Positions 12,904 to 24,293 of a stretch of DNA of 64,000 nt are shown here, piece after piece. Source of the stretch: Minutocellus sp. GHC0000111 (taxonomy: Eukaryota); contig OZ361259.1 in NCBI GenBank assembly GCA_977018835.1, positions 2,294,001 to 2,358,000 on the forward strand, written 5' to 3'. The position numbers were made by a program, and so were the translations under genes. Numbering within the stretch: the first letter of the stretch is position 1; every line of letters begins with the position of its first letter. The notes beneath the pieces are model-generated. The model was not told where the DNA came from. It saw nothing but the letters and a program-made list of their open reading frames with translations, and ran no database searches.

Positions 12904-14194
12904 TCAGCCTTCCAATATAGGCCGGTATCGATCAATATCGAAAGGGACCGCAAAGTCGATGGCCTGGAGGAAGGCTTCTTGCCGTCGCAGGTGAGGAGAT
13001 TCTTTCTGTTGTTTCTTCTCTCCTTGCTCGCACAAGAAGTCAGATATTTGGATTTCAACTCCAATATCAGTAAAGTCTCCCGCAAACCGCACTGCTCTGA
13101 AATAGCCCCATGAACATGGGTGGTACATGGGCTTTTCCACTTGGATAAGTGACGCAGCAGGGCGAACAATTTGCGCAAAACCAGGATTATAAAAGAGGGT
13201 GCAGACACTCTGGCTTTCGTCGCCGTCAGAACTCTGTGAAGTGGGGCACGATAGCCCCATTGGACCAAATCATCGCCATATCTCCGGTATTGATGGTGAA
13301 GGCCCCCGGCACAGGATGGACTGTGCGCCATGTCGGATCTAGCGATTCATCGCCATTCTCAAATTGTGCCACCTGCAGCGAATGGCAATCGTCATCCTGG
13401 ATAAGTACCGTTACAAACCCAGCATCCTTGTGAGGAGATATTCCCAGAGGCGGGGGCTGTTCGTCCTTTCCACCATTATTTGTTGCACCTGGATCGGGCA
13501 GTGGTGTCTCACCAGGTATGTACGGGGGGTAGAAATTCGTGCGCAAATAACTCGTGTGCTGCTCACGGAGAGTCGCTATCATGCCAGCATCTTGATCTTT
13601 GGCATCACCTTCTTGGGCAGTACCATCATCTCCACTCTTCTTCTCGTCGTCAGTATATTCCAATTTAGATTCCGCTCGAACACCAAGACCCTTGGCCATT
13701 AATATGGCAATCCTATCTGACAAATCTTGGCATGCCGAAAAGTACTTGACCACCGTTTGTCGGTAGTTGGGAAGTAAATCGTCTGAAGGGAATCGATTGA
13801 ACCCATCCAAGCAGGCATTGGATTCGTCATCATCTCTCATGGACCAGTTCCGTGATCCAGGCATGCCGATATCGATCGCCTCCTTCCAATCTCTCCTTTG
13901 TTTGGTCAGCTCGTCGTCAAAGTATCCCCGAGCATTCCTCGAATCTCGTTTCAGTGGAAGTTTCTCGTTCCTTGGCAAGTCGAAGAATCTTTGTGACTCG
14001 GACTTGAACTCGTCGACAAGATCCCAAGGGACGCCGTGATTGATAACCTGGAAGAATCCCCATGTGGAGCATGCCTGTGCAATTTGGGCAGTGACTTCCG
14101 ACTCTGGCCTTGAGAGGTCGATGATGGGAGGCTCGGCACCATCATCACCAACGCTGTTGGTGTCGTCGAAGAAAGGGTCTGCCTTTGTTGACAT
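12904..14194 (-). CDS. 2-oxoglutarate/Fe(II)-dependent dioxygenase (IPNS/DIOX_N type) with two -1 frameshifts at about 13255 and 13195
   Basis: Motifs PPIIDLS, WGFFQVINHGV, HKD (HxD) and INTGDM..IWSNG. YRAPLHRV and RVSAP(F)FYNP lie in successive frames. Confidence 0.85.
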
Positions 14195-14486
14195 TGCAAA
14201 CTTGTGCTCTTATTATCTGACGAAGCACCAGCGCCAACGTATCTCCTGTAGCGCAGCGTAGTCAATCTCCTCACGAGCTCTGCAATACTCCCGGTTGGCG
14301 GTTGGCACTGCACTGCCTCGCTCGCCTCGGCCTCGGCCTCGCTCGCTCGCTCCACTCCACATACATACATGCTCGCTCACTCAATGGTTTCTGGTACTAG
14401 TATGTATCATCAGCATTCAGAAAGTATCATTCAGAAAGTACTTCCGAAACCAACAAACAAAATCCAACACAAACCAGTTGGGAACC

Positions 14487-17216
14487 ATGGCGGCAAGTAG
14501 TTCAACCGCCGCGGCCGTCGGTGGTGCCGGCGCCATGGCAAAGTCGGCGCCCACTGGCCCTTCTCCGACATCCTATGAGGCCTATGCGCCGAGGACGGCC
14601 TCTCAGCGCTCCCGGCTGGCGAGGTTGGCGGCCCTGACGGCGGGGCCGTCGTCAAATGCTGCTGCAGTTGGCGTACGCCAAGATACGCCCGCCGATGGTG
14701 TTTCCGCCACCGCCTCTACTGCCCCTCGTCCATCGCTGCTCGAGGCCATGTCACCTCCGCCGCCCCCACCTTCTGCGGCGGCCGCCGAGCGTTCCAGCTC
14801 GTCGGCATCGAGCGATCCCATAGCCGCCACCCTCTCCCGGACGTACGACACATCCGATCGACTCACAACAATGCTGAAGCACACCACCTCCCTCCGCCTG
14901 GCCCTGCGCGCCTCCATCAACATTGGCGAGGACATATCGAAGCGCCATGCCGATTTGCTCCGGCATTCCGGAGAGCTCTCGGCCGCGGCCGAACGGCTCC
15001 AGGCCGAGGAGGCCACCCTGTCTCGTCATGCGGAGGAGATCGGTGCGCCATTGCGACATTACGACGCAGTGGATCGGATCGGTCCGACGGTCGGCGTTCT
15101 GTTCAAGGATGGAGGCCGGACGGTCGTCCGTGGTTTGGCCCGGATCAAGGTGGACAACGACGACTTTCCCGATGTGCTGGACGACATCGACGCTGCCGTG
15201 GAGTTCTTTGGAGACAATGGCGGCAGAGAAGCCCTGCAGGCAATCGAGCGGACCGCCCGGAGTCGGCGGGATGCCGCCGAGGAGGCGCTGCTCAGTGGCA
15301 CGGTGCAGTATTACAAGCGTGCCCTAACGCTTCACGAGGCAGCCCTGTTCCTGATCCGGGAAGCCGTTGCCGATCGGATCAACCAAACCACCAAGGATGT
15401 GACCGATGCGCTGAATCTCAAGCGGGATCCGATAGGTGCCGACAAGCTCGAGGCCAGTCTAGTCTACACCCGCTTCCATGGCATATCGTCCCGTAGCAAT
15501 GCCCTCATCGGCATTGTCAAGGCCAGAGCTGACCGTACTGAGCAGTATCAGGACCTCCTCACCATGTGCCGGAATGCCTACTGCGGATCGAGAGAGTCTC
15601 TTCTGCGTCTGACGGTCAGATCACACTTGGACAAGCTGCGAGAGAGACATGGTTTGGTCGGAATGACTCGATTGGCATCGGTGTTCTTGATCAGATTGTG
15701 CACCATCGAAACCTCCCTCTATTTGGACTTTTTTGGAGACAAAGAAAAGATGGAGCAACGGAAGAAGGGACGAGATGAAGAAACCAAAGAAGGTGGAGAC
15801 AATGCCGATGATACCTCACCTGATGCCGCAGTATCAGCTGCAGGAGGACGGAAGACGACGGCCGCCGCTGCAAGCACTACCAAACCAGCGCAGCAGGCTG
15901 CATCGCTGGCCTCGCAGGTGATGGCTGAAGTCAACGCGGAGTTTCAGCAGCTTCTTTCTACGTTGTGCTCGTCCCTTCATCGAACAGTCCGTCGGGGTCT
16001 CGTTTCCATTCATGATCTGGACACACTTTGTCAGATCGTGTCGGTGTTGCGTGAGGAACGATCGTTGGCCAGTTCATCTCCAACCACCATGGCCGCTGCG
16101 AGGGCTATCTCGGCGGTTATTGTCGATGCGCAAGAACGTTTGATCTTCTGTGCGAATACTGCATTGACGAAGGAGGTGGTTCGATTCAAGGCAACTCCGG
16201 CAGATCTGGACTACCCCGATCGATTGAAACCAGGATATAAGGCCCCACCGAAGGCACCAGTAAGTGGTGGCAAAGAGGACGGCAAAGACGCAGAGGATGC
16301 AGCTGGCGCTGCCGCTGCGTCCTCTGAAGAGGTCGGTGATGATGCCGTCAAGGCTCAACTGAAGGTTTATGAATCCTGGTTCCCACCCATGAGAAGTGTA
16401 TTGCGAGTTCTGTCCAAGATATTTCGTGTCGTTGAGCCGCGTGTATTTGAGGATATTGCCCTGCAGTCGGTCCAATCCTGCACTCGAAGTCTCAAGGATG
16501 GCTCAGCGTACATTCTCAATAAGGGCGGTGTGATTCACGCCGACTTGTTTTTGGTGAAAAATCTCTTGATTCTCCGAGAACAATTGTCGCCCTTTGACAT
16601 CCAATTGCGATCGGTCGAGCGTCAACTTGATTTTAGCGAGGCTGGCAAAGCAGTGAGCCGTTTCCTTGCCAATCGAAATCGCCGCCTCTTTTCCATGAGC
16701 ACAGAAAATGCCCTTGTGACACTCTTGCGTGAGGGCGTTTCCGTTCAGGAGGCGTCGGTCGATTCCAAGCGGGATCTGGACGACGCCCTTCGATCTGCAT
16801 GTAATGACTTCATCGAGCACACTTCTGTCCTATTGGCGGGCCCTCTCTTGGACTTTGTTGGACAGTGCAAACTTGCTAGTGCCTCATCCAATGCATCCCT
16901 CAAGACGCAACCATTTATGTTTGGTGGCTCGGTGAAGGCTTTGTTGTCCAAGACCACGGAAGGCTTGTCCGACGAACTCAAAGAAGTTACGACACAGATG
17001 GCTTTGTATCTGGATAATCCTGCGACGCAAAGCATTCTATTGAAACCAGTGGTTCGCAAGATTACCCGAGCAGTCGATGATTCCCGAAATTTCATTGGAG
17101 ATGCAGTCGATGGAGAAGATGGTTGGGACGAGGGCACTCGAGAGGAGGTCCTGACTGCACTCACCACAATCGAGACCGCGGTGAAGAGTGGCTCAACCAA
17201 GCAATTGGTTAGGTAA
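14487..17216 (+). CDS. COG3: Conserved oligomeric Golgi complex subunit 3 (Sec34)
   Basis: Motifs DAQERLIF, DLDYPDRL, SWFPPMRSVLRVLSKIFRVV, LFLVKNLLILREQLSPFD and LYLDNPATQSILLKP. Confidence 0.9.
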   Translation: MAASSSTAAAVGGAGAMAKSAPTGPSPTSYEAYAPRTASQRSRLARLAALTAGPSSNAAAVGVRQDTPADGVSATASTAPRPSLLEAMSPPPPPPSAAAAERSSSSASSDPIAATLSRTYDTSDRLTTMLKHTTSLRLALRASINIGEDISKRHADLLRHSGELSAAAERLQAEEATLSRHAEEIGAPLRHYDAVDRIGPTVGVLFKDGGRTVVRGLARIKVDNDDFPDVLDDIDAAVEFFGDNGGREALQAIERTARSRRDAAEEALLSGTVQYYKRALTLHEAALFLIREAVADRINQTTKDVTDALNLKRDPIGADKLEASLVYTRFHGISSRSNALIGIVKARADRTEQYQDLLTMCRNAYCGSRESLLRLTVRSHLDKLRERHGLVGMTRLASVFLIRLCTIETSLYLDFFGDKEKMEQRKKGRDEETKEGGDNADDTSPDAAVSAAGGRKTTAAAASTTKPAQQAASLASQVMAEVNAEFQQLLSTLCSSLHRTVRRGLVSIHDLDTLCQIVSVLREERSLASSSPTTMAAARAISAVIVDAQERLIFCANTALTKEVVRFKATPADLDYPDRLKPGYKAPPKAPVSGGKEDGKDAEDAAGAAAASSEEVGDDAVKAQLKVYESWFPPMRSVLRVLSKIFRVVEPRVFEDIALQSVQSCTRSLKDGSAYILNKGGVIHADLFLVKNLLILREQLSPFDIQLRSVERQLDFSEAGKAVSRFLANRNRRLFSMSTENALVTLLREGVSVQEASVDSKRDLDDALRSACNDFIEHTSVLLAGPLLDFVGQCKLASASSNASLKTQPFMFGGSVKALLSKTTEGLSDELKEVTTQMALYLDNPATQSILLKPVVRKITRAVDDSRNFIGDAVDGEDGWDEGTREEVLTALTTIETAVKSGSTKQLVR

Positions 17217-17300
17217 AGATAAAAATCGAGCCAAGTCTTAGTCTTATCAGTATGCCCTATATAGGCGCCTATATACATTTGCATGCATGACAATAATTCG

Positions 17301-17387
17301 TACCGGTACCGGTAGATCTACTCCACGTAGATCGAAAGCAGAACCCACTGCACAGCTTCGTTCGAATCTCTGGTACTAGGCCTAGTA
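17301..17387. repeat. Intergenic TA-palindrome array
   Basis: TA CCGG TA CCGG TA GATC TA at 17301; perfect 14-bp palindrome tactaggcctagta at 17374..17387. Confidence 0.8.
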
Positions 17388-17669
17388 TGGTCTGGGTCGC
17401 AAGATCGGCTCTTTAGCAATCGAAAATTGTCGACCATCCACATCTATCTTCTCCTCTCGCTCCATGCTCCATGCAACCTCCACCTGACTTCCCGCCCACT
17501 CGCCCACTGCTGCTTCGACCGACTACCAACAATAGAAGTGCTGGCCGATAAAAGACAGCAAGCGCTAGCTAGCTTGACTTGCAAGCATAAAAGGCAGCGA
17601 GTGCTTCGTATTTCCTCTTCTCTGGACAATCTCTTTCATCGGATAATCGTGCGTGCTGAGAGCTGAACA

Positions 17670-17951
17670 ATGACGTTCGTTTACACAGGGAAAGGCCGAA
17701 GAGGGGCCCAAAAGGAAGATGCTCCCCCGGAACAAAAAGACTGCGCCAAACAAGCATGCGCAATTCAATGGTGTTTGGCAAAGCGTGGGCAAAAGGAGCA
17801 TTTGTGCCAGAGTTTTATAGATGACTGGAAGGAGTGCACGCAGAGAGCACGAGCCGCGGCTGGTATGGAGTCGTCTGTCGATGGGGGCGTCGAAGCGGTA
17901 GATGGCCGGCCAGCCACAGCTGCTACTTCTTCTACAGGGACCTCATCTTGA
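17670..17951 (+). CDS. CMC4: Cx9C-motif mitochondrial intermembrane-space protein, CMC4/p8MTCP1-like
   Basis: The Cys spacing in 'DCAKQACAIQWCL...CQSFIDDWKEC' resembles CMC4. Confidence 0.7.
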   Translation: MTFVYTGKGRRGAQKEDAPPEQKDCAKQACAIQWCLAKRGQKEHLCQSFIDDWKECTQRARAAAGMESSVDGGVEAVDGRPATAATSSTGTSS

Positions 17952-18116
17952 ATATCATCTACATAGTGGCTTCATCGGCAGGTAATATGTACATTATAGA
18001 CATGCTAACAAGTGTATCAAATAGCGACATTAAAGCATTCTTTACTGATTTGTAATATGCACATAGTGGCAAATAGAAAATTGTACTACAGAAGAAGATG
18101 AAATGTTTTGGAGTTT

Positions 18117-19382
18117 TTAAGCCAGTTTATCTCGCCAGATTGCAAGTCCGTCGCCGCCATAGATCAATGCTAGGGCTGTGCATCCCAGTAAGTATGCCGT
18201 GGCGGCAAGAGGACTTTGCTCTGGACCAAACTTTCCACCGTGTAGCGCTGCCTTCATTGGATCAGGCACAATTGATATCAGCTTGGCGCTCATTGGAATG
18301 CCAGAAGTCGAAAGCCCCAGGAAATGCCCCATCAAAATGTTCCAGCCAAAGTGCCATCCCAGCGAAAAGGACAAACCACCGCTTAGAAATACATTCAAAG
18401 CAGCGACCGTGCCGCCAATGACTAGATTTGTCAATCCCACTCTTGAAGCACCAGGAGAGCCCACATGCATCAGTGCAAATACTCCTGCTTGCAGTGCCAC
18501 TGCCACAGTCATGGCTTCCGACGGAGATAGGCCCAGCGTTCTCACGTACAAAGCTGTATTGACCAAGATCCAACCGCGCAACGATACTTCCTCGTTTATA
18601 CTAACACCAATGTGGAATAGGATGTCCCAAAAAAGGTTGACAAAAAGATATTCCCCTGGGACGACCACCTCGAAATATCCGACAATATGAATCCATCCAA
18701 GTGCAACTTCTGCCAGAAACAACAGAATTACGATGATTGATCCCACGGCAAAGCCCCAACAAATATCTGTAAAAGACATATCCAGTCCAATATCAGACAA
18801 GGATGATGTATGGTCAACGTATTCGGTCATAACATGAATCATCGTCAAGGTTCCCAAGGTTGCCGTTATTCGGAACACAGCCTGACGCAGCCGGGTTGAT
18901 CCTCGGACATGATTGAGAAAGAATGGATTTTCACGCTTACTTCTTCTCGCGACATCGACCCAGCTTGGGGGGAGTTGTGATCCTGGCACAGGCCAAGTTA
19001 TAGATAAGTCAAGCACTGCATTCTCCTGCTTCTCGCATTCTTTTGAACTTTCAGGTACCCAGGCCCCCGGAAGCATTCTCGCCAAAACGCGAGCTGGTGG
19101 AAGAAGGATGGCATAGTAAGCACCTCCGTACACTGAGTCCAAGAAGATACACAAAACCAACCGAACAAAGAAGGAAGGAGGATTGCTACCATCTTTTCCA
19201 CCAAGGTACATTGCAACGTAGGTCAATAGGCCTGGCAAGACCACCACCAGCATTGCGAAACTGAACAGCCAGCTGCTCCATTCATGAGATGGTGCAACAT
19301 ATATCTCGGGCCTGGCTGGTCGGCCGGCCCTTGACTTCTTGCGACGAGTGGTCTCGCTGGCGGTAGCCACTTGTGCATCCAT
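18117..19382 (-). CDS. CPBP/Abi (type II CAAX protease-like) intramembrane metalloprotease
   Basis: EExxxR (NEEVSLRG), FxxxH (FALMH) and HxxxN (HFGWN) motifs; GGKFGPE; many TM helices. Confidence 0.88.
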   Translation of the reverse strand: MDAQVATASETTRRKKSRAGRPARPEIYVAPSHEWSSWLFSFAMLVVVLPGLLTYVAMYLGGKDGSNPPSFFVRLVLCIFLDSVYGGAYYAILLPPARVLARMLPGAWVPESSKECEKQENAVLDLSITWPVPGSQLPPSWVDVARRSKRENPFFLNHVRGSTRLRQAVFRITATLGTLTMIHVMTEYVDHTSSLSDIGLDMSFTDICWGFAVGSIIVILLFLAEVALGWIHIVGYFEVVVPGEYLFVNLFWDILFHIGVSINEEVSLRGWILVNTALYVRTLGLSPSEAMTVAVALQAGVFALMHVGSPGASRVGLTNLVIGGTVAALNVFLSGGLSFSLGWHFGWNILMGHFLGLSTSGIPMSAKLISIVPDPMKAALHGGKFGPEQSPLAATAYLLGCTALALIYGGDGLAIWRDKLA

Positions 19383-19401
19383 TGCAACTTAAAATCTGAA
19401 A

Positions 19402-19692
19402 TCAAGATACCACGCAATTATCAGTGGCCGCTGCCTCGGACGACGAAGGGTCTTCCAATCTCGACGCTAGACGGATGCCGATGGCGTCTGCTGTTGCCTG
19501 AGGTGTCGGACTGTAGAATTCACAACTTATGCCCTCGTCACAGGGACTAATTTCAAAGGGATTGCCCTGAATTATTATGGGAAATCGAGCAACCAGGGGC
19601 GCAATATCCGATGGAACGGAGTAGGTAGCCTTTGTGTTGCCGTTGGGAAGATCAGTGAGGGTGTAAGGTACCGGCGTTTTGCCTGACGCCAT
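19402..19692 (-). CDS. Small hypothetical protein
   Basis: ATG-initiated 96-aa ORF (MASGKTPVPYTL...) with globular composition; no family recognised. Confidence 0.4.
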   Translation of the reverse strand: MASGKTPVPYTLTDLPNGNTKATYSVPSDIAPLVARFPIIIQGNPFEISPCDEGISCEFYSPTPQATADAIGIRLASRLEDPSSSEAAATDNCVVS

Positions 19693-19893
19693 GCCATGAG
19701 CCTTCTTTGAGGTGACTGCATGCTGGGGGAGGCGGTTAGCTCTATCCAAGGCCTTTGACGTATCAGAAATATCGCTTGACTGAACGAAAAAGCAAAAAGC
19801 TGGTTGGACGATGAACGATGGACGGGTGTCGCTTGCACTGAACACTTTGAAACACTTGAGGCCCGCCTCGCGACCACCGTAAACAGCACCAAT

Positions 19894-20349
19894 ATGATAT
19901 CATCTTGCAAGTTTTTGTTTGTATTTGCAATGTTGGCTTGCACTGGACCAGTTCCAGCGGCTGCCTTCCAGCCATCCCAAGGTGCCTGTCGGAGGAGGGG
20001 GAAAGCACTTTTCATGAGTGGAGGCACCGTCCTTCGTCCAACCACGGGAGGTGATGAGATATCAATAGAGAAACATTCTGCCGTAGAATTGAGTGGGTGT
20101 AAGGTAGAGGAGAGGGGTGGGCGTTATTTTTGCACATCAGATAATGGCAAAGCAAAAATCGGCAGCAATACCCTGTCCGTGGGGGTGAGCTATGGCCTCA
20201 ATGATGGGATGAGATTAACAACTGATGATGGGATTGAGTATGAGTTAAAGATGGAAGGCGGTGGCCTTCCGACAGAGAGAAGGGATCCAACAATGGGCCT
20301 GATGTTTGATGCCATGAAGGCGCAGTTCGGCGTTACTGACGATGAGTAA
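19894..20349 (+). CDS. Hypothetical protein with bipartite plastid-targeting presequence
   Basis: Hydrophobic signal peptide MISSCKFLFVFAMLAC, then AAA-FQP (ASAFAP-type motif) and a basic transit-like stretch. Confidence 0.6.
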   Translation: MISSCKFLFVFAMLACTGPVPAAAFQPSQGACRRRGKALFMSGGTVLRPTTGGDEISIEKHSAVELSGCKVEERGGRYFCTSDNGKAKIGSNTLSVGVSYGLNDGMRLTTDDGIEYELKMEGGGLPTERRDPTMGLMFDAMKAQFGVTDDE

Positions 20350-20515
20350 TAACAATGCTAAAATGAAAATTGAATTGTTAATGCTTTACATGAAAGGGAG
20401 ACTCAACACCCCCGCCAGTCAATACTGCAGAAACAGAAAAGAGTAGAACGTCACTCTAGCTGCTTTTCTCCTTGTTCCATTCATTCAAAATGCATTTGAA
20501 ATCGCCGCCTCAAAA

Positions 20516-21484
20516 CTATCTGAACATACCCTCAGCGGTCTTGGCCTCGCGTTCCAACAAATCGATCGGCCGCAATATGTTGGTCTTGTTGGTTTCCACA
20601 ATGTATCCATTCATGACCATCTCATCCAGTAAGAAGTGAACCTCCTCAAGTTGATACATAATGTCCAATTCGCAAATGGAACCGGCCCACTTGTCCATGG
20701 TTTCGACGAGGGTGTGGATGAACTCCAGCATTCCCATCTCGTTCTCGTTGTTTTCGGCTCCCTTTCCGGCATCGATGTCGGCCTTGGTCCCAACGATGAA
20801 GAACAGACTGGCGTACCGCCGGTAAATGACCTTAAATCCGCGGTATTCCAAAAAGGAGCATTGCAACTCTGACCGGGACAAGCACTTGCGAATAATTTCC
20901 GATTCCAAGGCCACACGTTCCTCCATTGGCATCCATTGATAATACGAGGACAGACGGGTCTGCCCTTGCTTATTTCTGTGGGAGGGAGAATACCATCGGG
21001 ATTGATGGGAGAATTACTTAGCTGGTGTGTGAGGGGGTTGTATGCGTTCGAAATTATCATGCGGAAAATTGTCGAGGAACTCTTTCATCAACTGGGCCAG
21101 GCCGAGTCCGACATGTTGTTCCGGACTGCACGGACCGTGGCACAAACACGCCGAACAAAGAATGGCACTTGGCGCCTCAAGAACACGGAGGCACCCCAAT
21201 ACACCGGCAGGTCACAGCAAATAATTTCTTTGGATAATATATAAGCGAAGAGCATTGATGGCCATCCGCGAGATCACCACCGATGAGCAATGACGAATAC
21301 CGACACATCTCGATAAATTCTTCCCACACACCCGAACTAGCTAGCGGATACCGTTCGGAATGCATTGAAGACCGCGTGCGAAACGAACCACAGACGCATT
21401 CACCCTCCGATGAGGTCCAAGAGAAATAAATCGATACGAAAGATGGCTCCAACGTACTTACACCATGAGAATAAACGATATCAT
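20516..21484 (-). CDS. AP4S1: AP-4 adaptor complex sigma subunit
   Basis: Exon 1 21484..21462 (MISFILMV), intron 21461..20976, exon 2 NKQGQTRLSSYY...KCLSR...YRRYASLFF...ELDIM...LDEMVMNG. Confidence 0.9.
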
Positions 21485-21790
21485 CTTGGAGCGGTCCTTC
21501 TCGTCAAAAATGAAAACTGAAAAACAACCGGGGTTTCCATTCCGCGTCAATAACTTCTTTCTTGTGTCATAAAGACAAGACGCAGACATGCACAAAAAGA
21601 ACTTCAGAGCTTGTCAAGAACACCGACAAGTTCAGTGAAAGAGAATTCATTCGGCTCGGCATGACGGTGTGCCGATAAATGGCCGAGACGTGCCGCAAGC
21701 AAAAACCATTCACTCAGATTGCTGGGATTCAACCACACTCTACCAAAACTGGTACAAACAAAGTCAAAACCACCAACTCGTTCACCAAAG

Positions 21791-22948
21791 ATGGCTCCGG
21801 CATTACGATTGGAGACGCTGGAGCTTCTCGACGACTCCTCACATCGACTTTCACATCACACACAATCCTCAGCTGATGATCAGCATCGGCCATCTTTCGC
21901 TACTGCTACGACTACTCGTGACAATTCCCTGTATTCCACGTTACGGCCCTATTCGTATCGCTACAACGCAAGCTCACTACCAGACGATGACTTGCAGCAA
22001 TGGTACAACGACATCGAACCGGAAGTGGCAATGGTCGCGGCGAGACTACAACGCAAGTTTGAGCTTCCCGCAAAGTATTCTCTCGATGCGTCTACGGAGC
22101 AGAACTACTCCCAGCCTTTGAGCAGTGGTGATACTAGTAACAGCACGTCTGACTTTACACAGCCATTCGGAACAGTGAGACGATCGTTGGATTACAATTA
22201 CCACTGCCATTACACGTATGATCGACAGCTGGTCCAAGATGACATTCTCTTTCGGTTGTATGGCGACTCCCTTTCCTCGTCAGATGATGTCGATGCGGGG
22301 ACCAAGCAAGATCAATGGATAATTTTCACAGCAGGTCCAATGGGGGCTGGTAAAAGCTATACATTGCAACAACTATCGGAATCTGGCAGACTGTCTCTAG
22401 AAAATTTTGTCCTTGTCGATTTGGATGCTATCAGACGAGAGTTGCCGGAATATCCCTACTATGCCTCGAATGATCCCGCAACAGCTGGAGACAAGACCCG
22501 AAAGGAGGCGGGCCACCTCACAGAGATTGCCACACTTGCAGCTCTACGAGCTGGTAGGAATGTTGTGGTCGATGGATCACTCCGAGCGTATCGTTGGTAT
22601 CGCCAATACTTTGCTCGACTGCGAGTGGAGTTTCCAGCCTTGAAGATTGCAATATTTTACATCTCGGCGCCGCGAGAATCAATACTGTACAACGCTGCCG
22701 ATCGGGCGTTGGAGACTGGTCGATTTGTCCCTCTCAAGACGCTCGAGATTGTCATGGATCAAGTGCCGCGATCTATGGCCATACTGGGACCTTTAGCAGA
22801 TGACTTTGTCACCTTGGTCAACAATCCGAAGGACGAGGATGGCATTGAAATTGTTGGAGAAGATTGGAATTCATTCGAGCGAAAGTGGAGACATCGACTT
22901 GGCAAGGGAAAGGGGACTGGGTCTGAGCTGCTACGTACACGTAGATGA
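21791..22948 (+). CDS. Zeta-toxin-like P-loop kinase/NTPase
   Basis: Walker A in FTAGPMGAGKS; VDLDAIRRELPEY; TRKEAG; NVVVDGSLR; RALETGRFVP. Confidence 0.78.
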   Translation: MAPALRLETLELLDDSSHRLSHHTQSSADDQHRPSFATATTTRDNSLYSTLRPYSYRYNASSLPDDDLQQWYNDIEPEVAMVAARLQRKFELPAKYSLDASTEQNYSQPLSSGDTSNSTSDFTQPFGTVRRSLDYNYHCHYTYDRQLVQDDILFRLYGDSLSSSDDVDAGTKQDQWIIFTAGPMGAGKSYTLQQLSESGRLSLENFVLVDLDAIRRELPEYPYYASNDPATAGDKTRKEAGHLTEIATLAALRAGRNVVVDGSLRAYRWYRQYFARLRVEFPALKIAIFYISAPRESILYNAADRALETGRFVPLKTLEIVMDQVPRSMAILGPLADDFVTLVNNPKDEDGIEIVGEDWNSFERKWRHRLGKGKGTGSELLRTRR

Positions 22949-23324
22949 TATTGAATGATGATTTTCAACCAAAGAAAGATTGATTGTTGTGGAGTGGCTG
23001 GATGTCGAAATCATAGAAGAAAATAGATCATAGATTACCATGATATTCTTCGTTGATCTAGATCATGTGTAGCTGAGTAGAGTTGTGACCCACCGGTAGA
23101 TCTTGTTGCAGTACCGGGAGATTCATGGTAAAGACGGTGGGCTGCTTTTACGGTACCGGTGCACAACCAAGCAAGCACAGGCCAATTTGCTCGACTCGCT
23201 TGAATGACGAGACCTCGAGACTCACTCGAGACCATCTTTCAATGATCTGCAAAGATTGGCCACTTTTTGCCGCCAACGACCTGCAAGACCATCAGGAGGC
23301 TTCACTGTAGTAGGGAGTACAGCA

Positions 23325-24293
23325 ATGACTTTGTTCCCTGCTGCTCCGCCTGCGATGAGAACCGTGGTGGAACCGGCGGCAGCAGCGTCCAAGTGCCCAG
23401 CCTCGCCCGGTGGTGTCAACAAAGAAAGTCCTGCCGCCACTGCTGCTGCCGCCAGCAAGAACGAACCCACCTCTCCCACCGAGGTCGAGAACAGCTCCTG
23501 GCTCGTCAACACCCCCGAGCGCCGGCCGAGCTACTACGGCGGCGTCCCGTTCGACGTGGCCCAGAGCGCGATGACGGCCAGCAGCAGGAGCAACGCCTCG
23601 AACCGGGGCGGAGGATGGAGCGGCGGCAGCCGTCGCGGCGGGAATACTCGTACATGTATTGATGGCAGTGCCGCCGCCACGACTAGCGGCAGTACTACCA
23701 GTAGTACCGCCAAGAACCACGCTTCTGGCGGTGGCGGCCGCAAACGTCCAAAGTGGGAGGACTCCGAGCCGGCTCCGCTATCGTCACTGAAGAAGCTCCT
23801 CGAAGGGTTGGAGGAGCGGTGTGCCGAGGCCGGCATCAGCTTTGGGGAAAGTAGGAGCGTCTTTGGCAGTGGGACGGCGGCATCTGGCCGTACCAGTAGG
23901 CCCAGCTGGTCGCTGTCCTCCTCGTCGTCCTCCAGCTCTCGCCGACGTCGTCGCACTGGTAGTAGCAGCAGCAGCGGTGGACGCAGCAGCATCGTTCGGA
24001 TTGGGAGCATCGGCGATGGATCGTCGTCATATTCCAATCAGGCCGGCCTTCTTGGGAGTGGTGTGGCTATGGCGAACGGCAGAGGAGGAGAAGGAGGAGG
24101 CGATGCTGGAGACATCGGCCTGGTTTCCGCCAACAAGAAGAGCGCCGCCAAGAGGGCGAGGGGAGAAGGCGACGACGTGGTGGATGCAGCACCGGCCTCA
24201 CTTGGTATGCCTACCTTGACCAGTGCTGCTGCTGGTCTCATGTCACCGCCATCTCCTTCCGTTACCAAATCCGTATTGAAGAGGAGGACGTAG
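23325..24293 (+). CDS. Low-complexity Ser/Gly/Ala-rich hypothetical protein
   Basis: Long GC-rich ORF, mostly disordered, with one amphipathic segment (LSSLKKLLEGLEERC). Confidence 0.55.
   Translation: MTLFPAAPPAMRTVVEPAAAASKCPASPGGVNKESPAATAAAASKNEPTSPTEVENSSWLVNTPERRPSYYGGVPFDVAQSAMTASSRSNASNRGGGWSGGSRRGGNTRTCIDGSAAATTSGSTTSSTAKNHASGGGGRKRPKWEDSEPAPLSSLKKLLEGLEERCAEAGISFGESRSVFGSGTAASGRTSRPSWSLSSSSSSSSRRRRRTGSSSSSGGRSSIVRIGSIGDGSSSYSNQAGLLGSGVAMANGRGGEGGGDAGDIGLVSANKKSAAKRARGEGDDVVDAAPASLGMPTLTSAAAGLMSPPSPSVTKSVLKRRT

Noticed and set aside
1..21484. Apparent cluster of endomembrane genes (TMEM87-like, copine, LAMTOR5, DPAGT1, COG3, AP4S1)
   Set aside because: Strands are mixed, unrelated genes are interleaved and the category is large, so this is compatible with chance.
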